Below are positions 54,653 to 63,369 of a DNA stretch of 64,000 bases, in pieces. The stretch comes from Cyanobacteria bacterium P01_D01_bin.156. Its GTDB lineage: Bacteria; Cyanobacteriota; Cyanobacteriia; Phormidesmidales; Phormidesmidaceae. The translations under genes were made by a program, and so were the position numbers. Below the pieces are notes generated by a model. The model worked only from the letters and a program-made list of their open reading frames with translations. It was not told the DNA's origin and ran no database searches. The stretch spans positions 256,001-320,000 of the forward strand of contig JBCCQQ010000001.1 of assembly GCA_039024555.1 (NCBI GenBank), given 5' to 3'. How positions within the stretch are numbered: position 1 is the stretch's first letter; each line of letters begins with the position of its first letter.

Positions 54653-54935
54653 TAAGGTCAGATAAGTTCGAGTAGATTCACCAGGAATTTGCTTGAATCT
54701 AAGTAAGGGCAGCATTTTCGCTCCTAAAGTAAACACTCTTGCGAAATGCTAGGAGTAAAGTCATCGATATCAACAAAGCCTCACCGTTGATACTGGTATC
54801 CTTAATAAAATACTCAGGTTTTAGAAACAACTCGTCATAAGTTCGGGGTTGTGACCTAATATTGATGAGTAGGGATACCTATTCAACCAATTCAATTGAA
54901 GCTGCCAAAACGGCGAAAAGTACTAGGAGGATTAT

Positions 54936-56009
54936 ATGGCGCTTGTACCTATGCGGCTCTTGCTGGATCACGCCGCTGAGAACGGCTACGGCATTCCCGC
55001 TTACAACGTAAACAACATGGAGCAGATCCTGTCAATTATGCAGGCTGCTGATGAGACTGATAGCCCTGTTATTCTGCAGGCTTCCCGCGGTGCCCGTAAG
55101 TACGCTGGTGAGAATTTTTTGCGTCACCTAGTTCTGGCGGCTATTGAGACCTATCCTCACATTCCGGTGGTCATGCACCAGGATCACGGTAACAGCCCTG
55201 CAACTTGCTACTCTGCAATCCGCAACGGCTTTACTAGTGTAATGATGGACGGCTCTCTAGAAGCGGATGCTAAGACTCCCGCTAGCTTTGAGTACAACGT
55301 TAACGTAACTGCTGAAGTCGTTAAAGTTGCGCACTCCATTGGTGCCAGTGTTGAAGGTGAGCTAGGTTGCCTAGGCTCCCTAGAAACTGGTCAAGGTGAA
55401 GCTGAAGACGGCCACGGTTTCGAAGGAACTCTTAGCAAGGACCAACTGCTAACTGACCCTGACGAAGCTGTACAGTTTGTAGAGCAAACTCAGGTTGATG
55501 CCCTAGCGGTTGCTATCGGTACTAGCCACGGTGCTTACAAGTTCACCCGTAAGCCCACTGGTGAAATTCTAGCCATCAGCCGCATTGCAGAAATTCATAA
55601 GCGTCTACCCAACACTCACCTGGTAATGCACGGATCTTCCTCCGTTCCCCAGGAGTGGTTGGACATGATTAACGCTCACGGTGGTCAGATTCCTGAAACT
55701 TACGGTGTCCCTGTTGAAGAAATTCAGAAGGGTATTAAGAGCGGTGTTCGTAAGGTGAACATTGATACTGATAACCGTTTGGCGATTACTGCAGCCATCC
55801 GCGAAGCAGCCATGAAGGATCCTTCCAACTTTGATCCTCGCCACTTCCTGAAGCCTTCCATTAAGTACATGAAGCAAGTTTGTTCCTCTCGCTACGAAGC
55901 GTTTGGTACTGCTGGTAACGCTTCCAAGATTAAGCAAGTAGGTGTAGACATCTTCGCGGCTAAGTATGAAGCTGGTGAGCTTGACGCTAAGGTTGCCGTT
56001 ACTGCTTAA
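54936..56009 (+). CDS. fba: Class II fructose-bisphosphate aldolase
   Basis: [44 protein letters not shown]. Confidence 0.99.
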   Translation: MALVPMRLLLDHAAENGYGIPAYNVNNMEQILSIMQAADETDSPVILQASRGARKYAGENFLRHLVLAAIETYPHIPVVMHQDHGNSPATCYSAIRNGFTSVMMDGSLEADAKTPASFEYNVNVTAEVVKVAHSIGASVEGELGCLGSLETGQGEAEDGHGFEGTLSKDQLLTDPDEAVQFVEQTQVDALAVAIGTSHGAYKFTRKPTGEILAISRIAEIHKRLPNTHLVMHGSSSVPQEWLDMINAHGGQIPETYGVPVEEIQKGIKSGVRKVNIDTDNRLAITAAIREAAMKDPSNFDPRHFLKPSIKYMKQVCSSRYEAFGTAGNASKIKQVGVDIFAAKYEAGELDAKVAVTA

Positions 56010-56060
56010 GGATCAGAAATGCTTTAGGGTCACTGAAGTATTAGTTGCATAAGTTAAATA

Positions 56061-56093
56061 GAGGGGTATGACGATTGTCATTACCCCTTTTTT
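56061..56093 (+). terminator. Terminator after fba
   Basis: AGGGGTATGAC-gatt-GTCATTACCCCT followed by a T run. Confidence 0.8.
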
Positions 56094-56135
56094 AGTTTCT
56101 TGGTAAGCAATTGGAGACAAAATATCCAGCTATTA

Positions 56136-56209
56136 GAGTTCGGAATTCGGAGTTCAGAAGTCGGAATTTGGCAGGGCATTCCGACTTCCGGACTCCGAAT
56201 TCTCAACTC
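56136..56209. repeat. Inverted array of heptamer repeats (STRR-like hairpin)
   Basis: GAGTTCG-GAATTCG-GAGTTCA-GAAGTCG-GAAT and its inverse; 32-bp arms with 4 mismatches. Confidence 0.85.
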
Positions 56210-56210
56210 C

Positions 56211-57257
56211 TTAGGCTTTCTTCGCGACCCAATACTTACTCATAAAGTGATTGGACACCTGAACACTGTGAAATCCAGCCGATTCTAAACGAGCAGTAAT
56301 ATCATCCGTACTGTAGTGCCGGTAGTAAGGCTCGTGAAAAACTGCAGGAAAGTTTTCCATCATCGGTGCAAACTCCGGAGTATCACTTTGCTGAATAGAA
56401 TCGCAAATAACAAAAATACCGCCCGGTTGAGTCACTCGGTAGCACTCATTAATCACGTTTTGCCTAACATCACCCGGTAGTTCATGGAACAGGAAAACAC
56501 TGACCGTCGCTTCAAAGTAGTTTTCCAAGTAAGGTAGCTGTTCAGCATTGGCCTGCATCAGCTGAGGAAGCATACCCGGCTCTTTACTCAGCAACTCATT
56601 GGCTTTGCGCAGGTAAGTCGGTGACAAATCCACCCCATAAAGCGATACCTCAGACAGAGTGTCCCGAATCATTTTTAGGGTGCGCCCTGTACCACAGGCC
56701 ACATCCAACACCTTGGGTGCCGAAACAGCCAAACTATTAATATGTCCCTTTAAAGGAGCCAACACCCGACGACGCATGGCATCTGCGGAACCATTAAACA
56801 GGAGTTCGACCTGGAGATCATAAAGATTGGCGGACATTTCCCCCAGGTACCCATTGGTTTGATGATGAAAATTTTGCAGATAGTAGCTGGGGTAGTCCTC
56901 TGTTTTAATATCTTTCGAAAACGATTGGTATTGCTTATTTTTAGAACGATCCCACACGCTGGGAGTATCTAACACCACCATGGGGTAGTACTTGAAAAAA
57001 TCATCCCATGGGTTGTCAAACAACAGACTTGTGGAGTACACCCCAGCTTCAGCATCCTGCCAGTCCACTTCAATTAGAGCGTCAAGCCGCTTCTTTAAAA
57101 GGGCTAGGGTGGCAGCCGGCACTTCAACAGTGCTGTTGGTTTCCATTGGCGAAACCACCTCCCGCAAACGATTAATCATGGTTTTGTGGGTATATCCAAA
57201 AACCTGTTTGCCTTGTTGAAACGTTTGGTAAGCGAGTTTTGTGAATGTATCCGGCAT
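56211..57257 (-). CDS. Class I SAM-dependent methyltransferase
   Basis: YYLQNFHHQTNGYL, VLDVACGTG, VFLFHELP. Confidence 0.9.
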   Translation of the reverse strand: MPDTFTKLAYQTFQQGKQVFGYTHKTMINRLREVVSPMETNSTVEVPAATLALLKKRLDALIEVDWQDAEAGVYSTSLLFDNPWDDFFKYYPMVVLDTPSVWDRSKNKQYQSFSKDIKTEDYPSYYLQNFHHQTNGYLGEMSANLYDLQVELLFNGSADAMRRRVLAPLKGHINSLAVSAPKVLDVACGTGRTLKMIRDTLSEVSLYGVDLSPTYLRKANELLSKEPGMLPQLMQANAEQLPYLENYFEATVSVFLFHELPGDVRQNVINECYRVTQPGGIFVICDSIQQSDTPEFAPMMENFPAVFHEPYYRHYSTDDITARLESAGFHSVQVSNHFMSKYWVAKKA

Positions 57258-57350
57258 AGCGCTGATAAAACATCAGGGAAAAGGTCGCACTGAATTAGGC
57301 CAAAGGATTGAGTGAAGGCACGTTAGACTCCACACTGACCAATACAGCAC

Positions 57351-57368
57351 TTTGTGAATTATTGTAAA
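57351..57368 (-). promoter_or_regulatory. HLR1 (RpaB)-like direct repeat
   Basis: Reverse complement TTTACAAT-aa-TTCACAAA. Confidence 0.5.
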
Positions 57369-57548
57369 AGCCCTGAGAGAAAAAAGGGTAACCGCGCGAC
57401 ATAAACCAAATATTTCAACGCTCCCTCAGACCACAGATCAAACTAGTAAAAGCCTTAGGCAGCGCTAGGCTTTACAGGAAGCTCAATAATTCACAAAAAG
57501 CTGCGCTAGTATGGATAGGTTCTAAAACCACCCGCAGAGGATTACTGA

Positions 57549-57773
57549 ATGAAGCGTCTGTCCATTGATACCACCCAGATGATGCGCCGTACCGAGGACT
57601 TGATTAAGGCGGCATCCAATCGTTATCGCATCACTGTCCAGGTGGCTAATCGGGCACAGCGTCGTCGTTTTGAAGAATTTGACAACATTGATGAGTCCCG
57701 CATGAAACCTGTATTGCGCGCTATCGTGGAAATGTCTGATGAGTTGACTCAGCCTGAAATCATTGGGGAGTAG
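57549..57773 (+). CDS. rpoZ: RNA polymerase omega subunit (Ycf61)
   Basis: [18 protein letters not shown]...[19 protein letters not shown]. Confidence 0.95.
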   Translation: MKRLSIDTTQMMRRTEDLIKAASNRYRITVQVANRAQRRRFEEFDNIDESRMKPVLRAIVEMSDELTQPEIIGE

Positions 57774-57967
57774 GCCTGAAGAATTCAGCTTATTAACGGT
57801 CTAAATAATTAGGGGTCAATGCTGATTGTCACTCTTGAGTGAGGACAAGCACATCTCCATGGGTAGTCTGTGGAACGTATGAGTTAGCAAAGCCTGACGG
57901 CTAAGCTCTTAGGGCAATCAGCGACATTGGAACATTACATATTCAACTGAAATTTCTAATTGCAATC

Positions 57968-58402
57968 ATGCTTAGCGGTATGGGTAAGCGGCTTATGAGT
58001 AAGCGGCTAAAGTTTCTATTTATAACCACATTAACCACCCTGATGGTTTTGGCTGGCAGTATTCTGCAGGTGGGCGAACCGCTGATGGCAGCCAATTCTG
58101 TAAATCCAGTTGCCCTCGCCAACCAGCTTTATATTCAATATCCTGACATTCCCAAGGTGGCGCATGTCAATACCACCCTTTTAAGTCGTTTTATTGACTA
58201 CCATCTCGATGGCAATGCCCGACCAGGGCAATATCATCTCGATTGGGAACTTTCTTTGGCGGATTATCTAGGGGCCACTTACGGCCACCATGGGCACGCC
58301 TCTGATTCAATAACCGTAGCGGATAAACACGCTATGAAAACCCTGAGCCTTGACCAACGGCATCAGCTTGTTAGTAGCCTGGAGCAGCTTTTTGCCGAAT
58401 GA
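57968..58402 (+). CDS. Secreted conserved hypothetical protein
   Basis: Signal peptide; LLSRFIDYH...RP..Y.LDWELSLADYLG; ATGA overlap with the next gene. Confidence 0.78.
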   Translation: MLSGMGKRLMSKRLKFLFITTLTTLMVLAGSILQVGEPLMAANSVNPVALANQLYIQYPDIPKVAHVNTTLLSRFIDYHLDGNARPGQYHLDWELSLADYLGATYGHHGHASDSITVADKHAMKTLSLDQRHQLVSSLEQLFAE

Positions 58403-58764
58403 CGGCTCTGCAAAAAGAAGGCTCTGGCTGGCGACTGGGCTGGGATGCCAAGCGCCCTACTTTCAAAGCGCTCGTGGGTGGGAAAGATTGGGCCTTAGAG
58501 CTTACCCAGGATGAATTTGAAGCATTCAGATCGCTAGCCAAACAGCTATCGAACACCATGGACTCCATGGCTAACGACCTGATGCCTGATGAAAAAATTA
58601 CCCTGGAGCAAGAAAACCAATACCTTTGGATAGAAACTGACGGCTTTCACCACAGCTACAGTGTGCGATTTATATTGCTCACTGGACGAGGGGGTGAGGG
58701 AGCTTGGCCTGCGGCTGTCGTTCCAGATTTATTAAATGGATTAGATCAAATTGCTCTATTTTGA
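58399..58764 (+). CDS. DUF1818 family protein
   Basis: EGSGWRLGWD....FKALVGG.DWALELT..EF; GRGGEGAW. Confidence 0.88.
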   Translation: MTALQKEGSGWRLGWDAKRPTFKALVGGKDWALELTQDEFEAFRSLAKQLSNTMDSMANDLMPDEKITLEQENQYLWIETDGFHHSYSVRFILLTGRGGEGAWPAAVVPDLLNGLDQIALF

Positions 58765-59080
58765 AGAGCAGCTTTCCCTTAGATGAATGCTTGTGTCAGC
58801 ACCAGTGGGCAAATTATTCGTCAGTCGGGTGGCTCTCATAGCGCAAATGAGCAATAATCTACGCAATTTGATTAGAGCTTTCAGTAGATTGCTCCACAAT
58901 GGGCATCCTCTGACTATAAACACGTGAAAGCTGTTTACTGAGCTGATCAAATAAGCTTTGTGCACACAGCCACAGGTAATCGCTAGAGCCTTTAAGCTGC
59001 AAAAGCTATGTGCGACGCAACCTACAAAATACACTCTGCAGGTTGCTAAACATTAATCCAACCATCTGGGTGTAGACAGC

Positions 59081-60259
59081 ATGAAAAAACTTAAGGTCGT
59101 TAGCAATACGCAATTTAAACAAAGCCCTAAGCTGTCTACTGAGCTATCCAGACAGGAAAAGGCTTTTGTCTCTAATGGCACAGAGTTAGAGCTAATCTCA
59201 TCCGATGCTGCGCAAAATGGTCATCATAAGGTGACCTTGGCTAAGCCTTTAAAGAACACGAACCAAACCATTTGGTATGTCTATAAGCCGGATGTCAGAA
59301 TTTATGACACTAACATTCAGCTAACGGTGGTCAGTGACACCCTGTTTAAGCAGCGTCCGGTGTTATCCAACCAGCTGAACGATCGCGAAAAAGTATTTGT
59401 GGGTAACGGCACCCAATATTATTTACAGTCCTATTTACCCGCAGAAGGGCATCATACTCGGGTTGCGATCGCGAATGCTTTTTTAGGTCCAGAAAATCGC
59501 ACTGTCTGGTACGCCTATAAACCCGATATCCGCATCGTGGGCGATACCATTAACCTCACCGTCATCAGCGACACCCTATTCAAAACATCCCCACAAATGT
59601 CATCTCGACTGAGTAACCGAGATAAGGTGTTCGTTAAAAACAATACCGAGCTAGACCTGATTAGCCATGAGCTAGCCCCCGCCAACCACGTCAAACTTGA
59701 GCTAGCTAACCCTAGCTTTGGCAATCGGTCTGAGCGGATTTGGTATGCCTATAAACCCGACATTCAGATTGAAGGGAATGAAGCTGATAATCAACCCAAA
59801 AATGAAACACCTCAACCCAAAAACCGAGGACGTTTTATTCAGTTACCTGGCTTTCGTGGCAATTTTTACCTAGCTAATCCGATTATTCCTAGTGGGCACT
59901 TTACCTGGGGAGAAGCCACCCACGGCGGCAGTCGCATTCCCGTGAATCGTAATGTGGTCTACGGCATCATTCGCATTGCTCGGGTAATGGAAGAGGTACG
60001 GGATCGGCTGGGGGGACGTCCTCTCACCATTAATTCTTGGTATCGCGATCCGGTAACCAATCGGAGAGTGGGTGGTGCCAGTCGTTCTCGTCACCTAGTG
60101 GGCGATGCGGTGGATTTTGTAGCGCCTGGGATTCACCCTTACGATGTGTATGATCGTCTAAGTTCTTGGTGGGGTGCTAGGGGTGGCTTAGCCAGTGCTA
60201 CCGTATTTACCCATATTGATACGCGGGGTTACTATGCTCGCTGGAGCTACGGCTTTTAG
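59081..60259 (+). CDS. Peptidase M15A (D-Ala-D-Ala carboxypeptidase-like) with three N-terminal repeats
   Basis: FTWGEAT, INSWYR...N..VGGA..S.H..G.A.D and F.HIDTRG Zn motifs. Confidence 0.9.
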   Translation: MKKLKVVSNTQFKQSPKLSTELSRQEKAFVSNGTELELISSDAAQNGHHKVTLAKPLKNTNQTIWYVYKPDVRIYDTNIQLTVVSDTLFKQRPVLSNQLNDREKVFVGNGTQYYLQSYLPAEGHHTRVAIANAFLGPENRTVWYAYKPDIRIVGDTINLTVISDTLFKTSPQMSSRLSNRDKVFVKNNTELDLISHELAPANHVKLELANPSFGNRSERIWYAYKPDIQIEGNEADNQPKNETPQPKNRGRFIQLPGFRGNFYLANPIIPSGHFTWGEATHGGSRIPVNRNVVYGIIRIARVMEEVRDRLGGRPLTINSWYRDPVTNRRVGGASRSRHLVGDAVDFVAPGIHPYDVYDRLSSWWGARGGLASATVFTHIDTRGYYARWSYGF

Positions 60260-60363
60260 GGAAGGGTAATATCTGCCTACCCAATTAAAGTGCTTGATTA
60301 CACCAAATATGGAGCAGTAATGCCCAAGCCGTATGCTATGCTAGTCAAGCGTTAAAAACGCAT

Positions 60364-60437
60364 CGGGGCGTAGCGCAGCTTGGTAGCGCACTACTTTGGG
60401 GTAGTAGGGGTCGTGGGTTCAAATCCCGCCGCTCCGA
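60364..60437 (+). tRNA. trnP: tRNA-Pro (anticodon GGG)
   Basis: CGGGGCG/CGCTCCG acceptor stem, CTACT-TTGGGGT-AGTAG anticodon arm, GGTTCAAATCC. Confidence 0.97.
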
Positions 60438-60444
60438 TTGACTT

Positions 60445-60469
60445 AAAACCGCTGATATCAGCGGTTTTT
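60445..60469 (+). terminator. Palindromic terminator after tRNA-Pro
   Basis: AAAACCGCTGATATCAGCGGTTTTT. Confidence 0.7.
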
Positions 60470-60585
60470 GTGCTTTAAACAGTCTGCTTTTTATGGCCCG
60501 CACTACACTGGCATAAATAACTGGACATGCCATTTACACGTCAGAAGACGACATAATAAGGCCGGAATTTGGTAGACACAAAACA

Positions 60586-60663
60586 ATGGTCAGAGAACAC
60601 AACAGTACCATCGGCATCGAAGCAGCTCGGGGCTGGTTACACCTGCGATCGCACCAGCACTGA
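60586..60663 (+). pseudogene. Possible 5' stub of a tyrosine integrase (arm-binding, DUF3596-like N-terminus)
   Basis: MVREHNSTIGIEAARGWLHLR resembles the G-T-V-x-I-E-xx-R-G-W-L-R-L-R start of cyanobacterial integrases; 150 bp after a tRNA. Confidence 0.4.
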
Positions 60664-60712
60664 TTATTTGAAAACCTCAAAAGTTGACGTTACTGAAACT
60701 AAGGTCGGGAGA

Positions 60713-61492
60713 TCACTTTAAGGCATCTTGCAATTGTTCTTGTAGCCAATCCATTTCAGCCTTATTTAAAGCTGGTGGTGGTGGTGCTTGCTCATAATCC
60801 AGCGATAGATCATAGGCTGCTTCGTCGTAGATAGCCGTCAATATAGCTTGTAAATCTAATGGGACATCTGGGTCTGGATGTTGCAAAGGTACAGGCACAA
60901 CAGGCAACGGAGTGGATAATTCAACAGGCCAGATTTGCATTTGTTTTGCTTTGGCACAAGTAAGCGAAATGCAATAGGACACCTTGGGTAAACGCGGTTG
61001 GGCAAAGGGGCGAGTACCTCGTCGTAGCAAGTCTAGTTCGAGTAAGTGCACATTAGCTTGGTACAAGCGCTGTCGTTTTTGACGATATGTGGTCAGTCCC
61101 GGTTCGCGCTTGTTAACTGGGGAAAGGATTGCAATACTCGCGACAAGACGATTTTTAGCGGTATCCCGAATTTCAACCGTGGTAAGACGTACCTGCACAG
61201 CCTGGGGTATCGGTAAAGATAATTGGGCAGGGGTAATTGTAAGAGTACTCCCCGGAGCTATTTCTGTTGTTGGACGTTTGGAAGATTCTAGGACTTCTAC
61301 ATCGGGGTACAAGATGCCAATTTCTCCTTCAGGGAATGCATCTTCAGCCAGATAGACCTCTAAACGAGCAGTATATTTTGGTCGCAGCAGTGGCGTTAGG
61401 TGCTGACGAATTTTATTAGCCAAGGCACTATGCACATCAGACCAGAGGTAACCTTCGAGGTAGGGGTCCATTCCAGGAAAGGGGGATGGCAT
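60713..61492 (-). CDS. DUF4058 family protein
   Basis: MPSPFPGMDPYLE, YPDV, LSPVNK, HLLELDLLR.G and DLQA..Y....YD...DY motifs. Confidence 0.92.
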   Translation of the reverse strand: MPSPFPGMDPYLEGYLWSDVHSALANKIRQHLTPLLRPKYTARLEVYLAEDAFPEGEIGILYPDVEVLESSKRPTTEIAPGSTLTITPAQLSLPIPQAVQVRLTTVEIRDTAKNRLVASIAILSPVNKREPGLTTYRQKRQRLYQANVHLLELDLLRRGTRPFAQPRLPKVSYCISLTCAKAKQMQIWPVELSTPLPVVPVPLQHPDPDVPLDLQAILTAIYDEAAYDLSLDYEQAPPPPALNKAEMDWLQEQLQDALK

Positions 61493-61649
61493 CAGTTTAG
61501 AGATCGTAGCATTACGTTTAGGATAATCCTTTCTAAGGTAAGAAGGGGATAAATTCTCTTAGGGGTTGCTGCTCCCCTGGATAATGTTGGATTAAAGCTG
61601 TACATCTTGAAAGGGTCGCCAATCATTTTATTCCATACATCTGCAACAG

Positions 61650-61997
61650 GAATATTTTTACTTTCGGAATGAAGCAGCCGCCAAGGAAGGGCTGGACTGG
61701 ATCTTAGCCAAGGTGATCCATGACCAAATTTAGAGCTTGAGCTTGATATAACGAGTAAATCCTGACTCAATTTCCGATTAATGCACGTTTGGAAATTCCA
61801 GAAATTGGTTGTGATGACCAAGGTAAGTTAGGGATTTACCACCTCTTTAGAGGTGGGTATGTTTCTGCAGTAAGCAGTCTTGTACTCCCTAATTTGGCAA
61901 TGAAACAGATTCCTGAAATTATTGGACACCATCACAATTGAGGGCGACGGGCATTCGAAAGGCGATTCGATAATAGGTGAGAGAGCAACAACGATAG
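61650..61997 (+). pseudogene. Uma2 (DUF820) endonuclease pseudogene, C-terminal part
   Basis: Joined across frameshifts and stops: FYFRNEAA..GLD/LDLSQGDP*PNLELELDITSKS/LTQFPINARLEIPEIGCDDQGKLGIYHL..GGY....SLVLPNL...GRR/IRKAIR**VREQ, matching the Uma2 pattern DPPPDLxxEIDITS..YARLGVPEIW.YD. Confidence 0.8.
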
Positions 61998-62577
61998 GGT
62001 GAGTGGTGATAAGAGAATTCAATTCTATTTTGATGATTTTCTTTTAATCATCCTTTTTCGGAAAGCGACTGAATAAAAAGATTTGGAGACAGATTGGAGA
62101 AAATGATTTGGGCTCTTACTCTACCTGACTGACTATAATCAAAGTGTTTAAGAATGCCGTTTTTTTTAGTGTTTCAGCACAATATACGGTCAAGGTGCCG
62201 TTTCATACTTCAGGGCAGTAATGCTCTGTTTTACACCCTGAGAGTTGGCTATGTATCCATAAGTAACAGACACATATTGAAGTTTTAAGCCCATATCTTG
62301 CTAGCAAATGATACAGCCTTCAAGGATAGAAACTTAGACCCTCTGGCGATCCCAGCCAACGATCCGATTTATTACGTAGAAGTAACCCGTAGTAGGTAGC
62401 AAAAGGTACCCAGTGGGGTACTACTCAGATGTCTAGACTACGAAGCATCATAGAGCCATGAATCGTTACTAAGAGTCGTTGAAGGATGTAAGACTCCTGG
62501 TTTTGCAATGCAAAACTCAAAAACACTCTTTTGCACCTCTTAGAACAATCTATCTTGTCTGCAACGAGACAACAATC

Positions 62578-62886
62578 ATGGCTCTAATTAAATTAAAAGA
62601 ATACAAGCTGAATGGTGGTGGCTGGCCAAATAATGCGGCTATCAGCTTCCGTTTTGTAAGCACGCCTATTGGTCCCAACCTAGCTTCTTCTCCAGTTGCT
62701 TCATGGAATGCATGCCCAGGCAGCTCGCAGCTAAACTTTAGTATCAGCGGATATTTAATCCTATTCGTTAATGGTTCTATAGCAGGAATCGCTTCCGGTT
62801 TTGTAACACCTACGCCAAAAACAAATGTTCAAGCAAATATTAATACTGGCTATGGAGTTGCGCAGGTTAAGTACGACGTTCTTTGA
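62578..62886 (+). CDS. Hypothetical protein, 102 aa, beta-rich
   Basis: ATG at 62578 after GAGA; the ORF-track start at 62479 is probably too early; no family recognised. Confidence 0.6.
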   Translation: MALIKLKEYKLNGGGWPNNAAISFRFVSTPIGPNLASSPVASWNACPGSSQLNFSISGYLILFVNGSIAGIASGFVTPTPKTNVQANINTGYGVAQVKYDVL

Positions 62887-63015
62887 AGACATCTCCAACA
62901 AAGAATTTAACGGGCATCCTCCCCATTAAATTTCTCGATTCTGTGGAACCTTGAATCTTATCTCTTAGAAGTGAGTAAGCAGAGGAAAACTCAACCACCA
63001 GTATAGTCTTTTCGA

Positions 63016-63055
63016 AAAAAACCTTCCTTCCCTAAGTTAGGGAAGGAAGGTTTTT
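63016..63055. repeat. Perfect inverted repeat (18-bp arms, 3-nt loop)
   Basis: AAAAACCTTCCTTCCCTA-agt-TAGGGAAGGAAGGTTTTT. Confidence 0.85.
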
Positions 63056-63369
63056 AACCCAAATTCCGCCGTTAAATTGGCACATTCGATAATTAATAAC
63101 GAAGCAAATGGATCACAGCCTCTAAAAAGACAGAAATTCTCAATAATCGAGAATTATTGAGAATGGAATAAAATTAGTTCAGATGAACCATCTGGGTAAC
63201 CAAACCCTTTACAGAAAAGACTTGCAAATTTAATAGCTAATTGTGACAGTTGGGAATGCGGAATGTGGGTTTTACCCTAAGACTCTACTGGCCAATGACG
63301 CTGATAATGATACTGTTCCAAAGGAAAATCCTGATAGGGTAGGGAGCGTAGGTGCCTTAATGTATAACT

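Noticed and set aside
54438..54653. 71-aa minus-strand ORF (MGRLGFEPRT...)
   Set aside because: Antisense translation of tRNA-Lys.
57805..57930. Calling this region a TPP, c-di-GMP-I or ydaO riboswitch, or 6S RNA
   Set aside because: Only short fragments match (AGGGGT..GCTGA; GCAAAGCC..CTAAG; CTTGAGTGA) and the required partner motifs are missing. It is kept only as an unassigned structured RNA candidate.
60345..60533. 62-aa minus-strand ORF
   Set aside because: Antisense translation of tRNA-Pro.
61492..62022. Minus-strand ORFs of 109 aa and 64 aa as genes, or as one read-through gene
   Set aside because: They are antisense shadows of the plus-strand Uma2 pseudogene and have no recognisable motifs.
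62904..63078. AATTTAACGG...CCGTTAAATT as MITE ends
   Set aside because: Only 10 bp, no target duplication is seen, and the left copy is already explained by a local hairpin.
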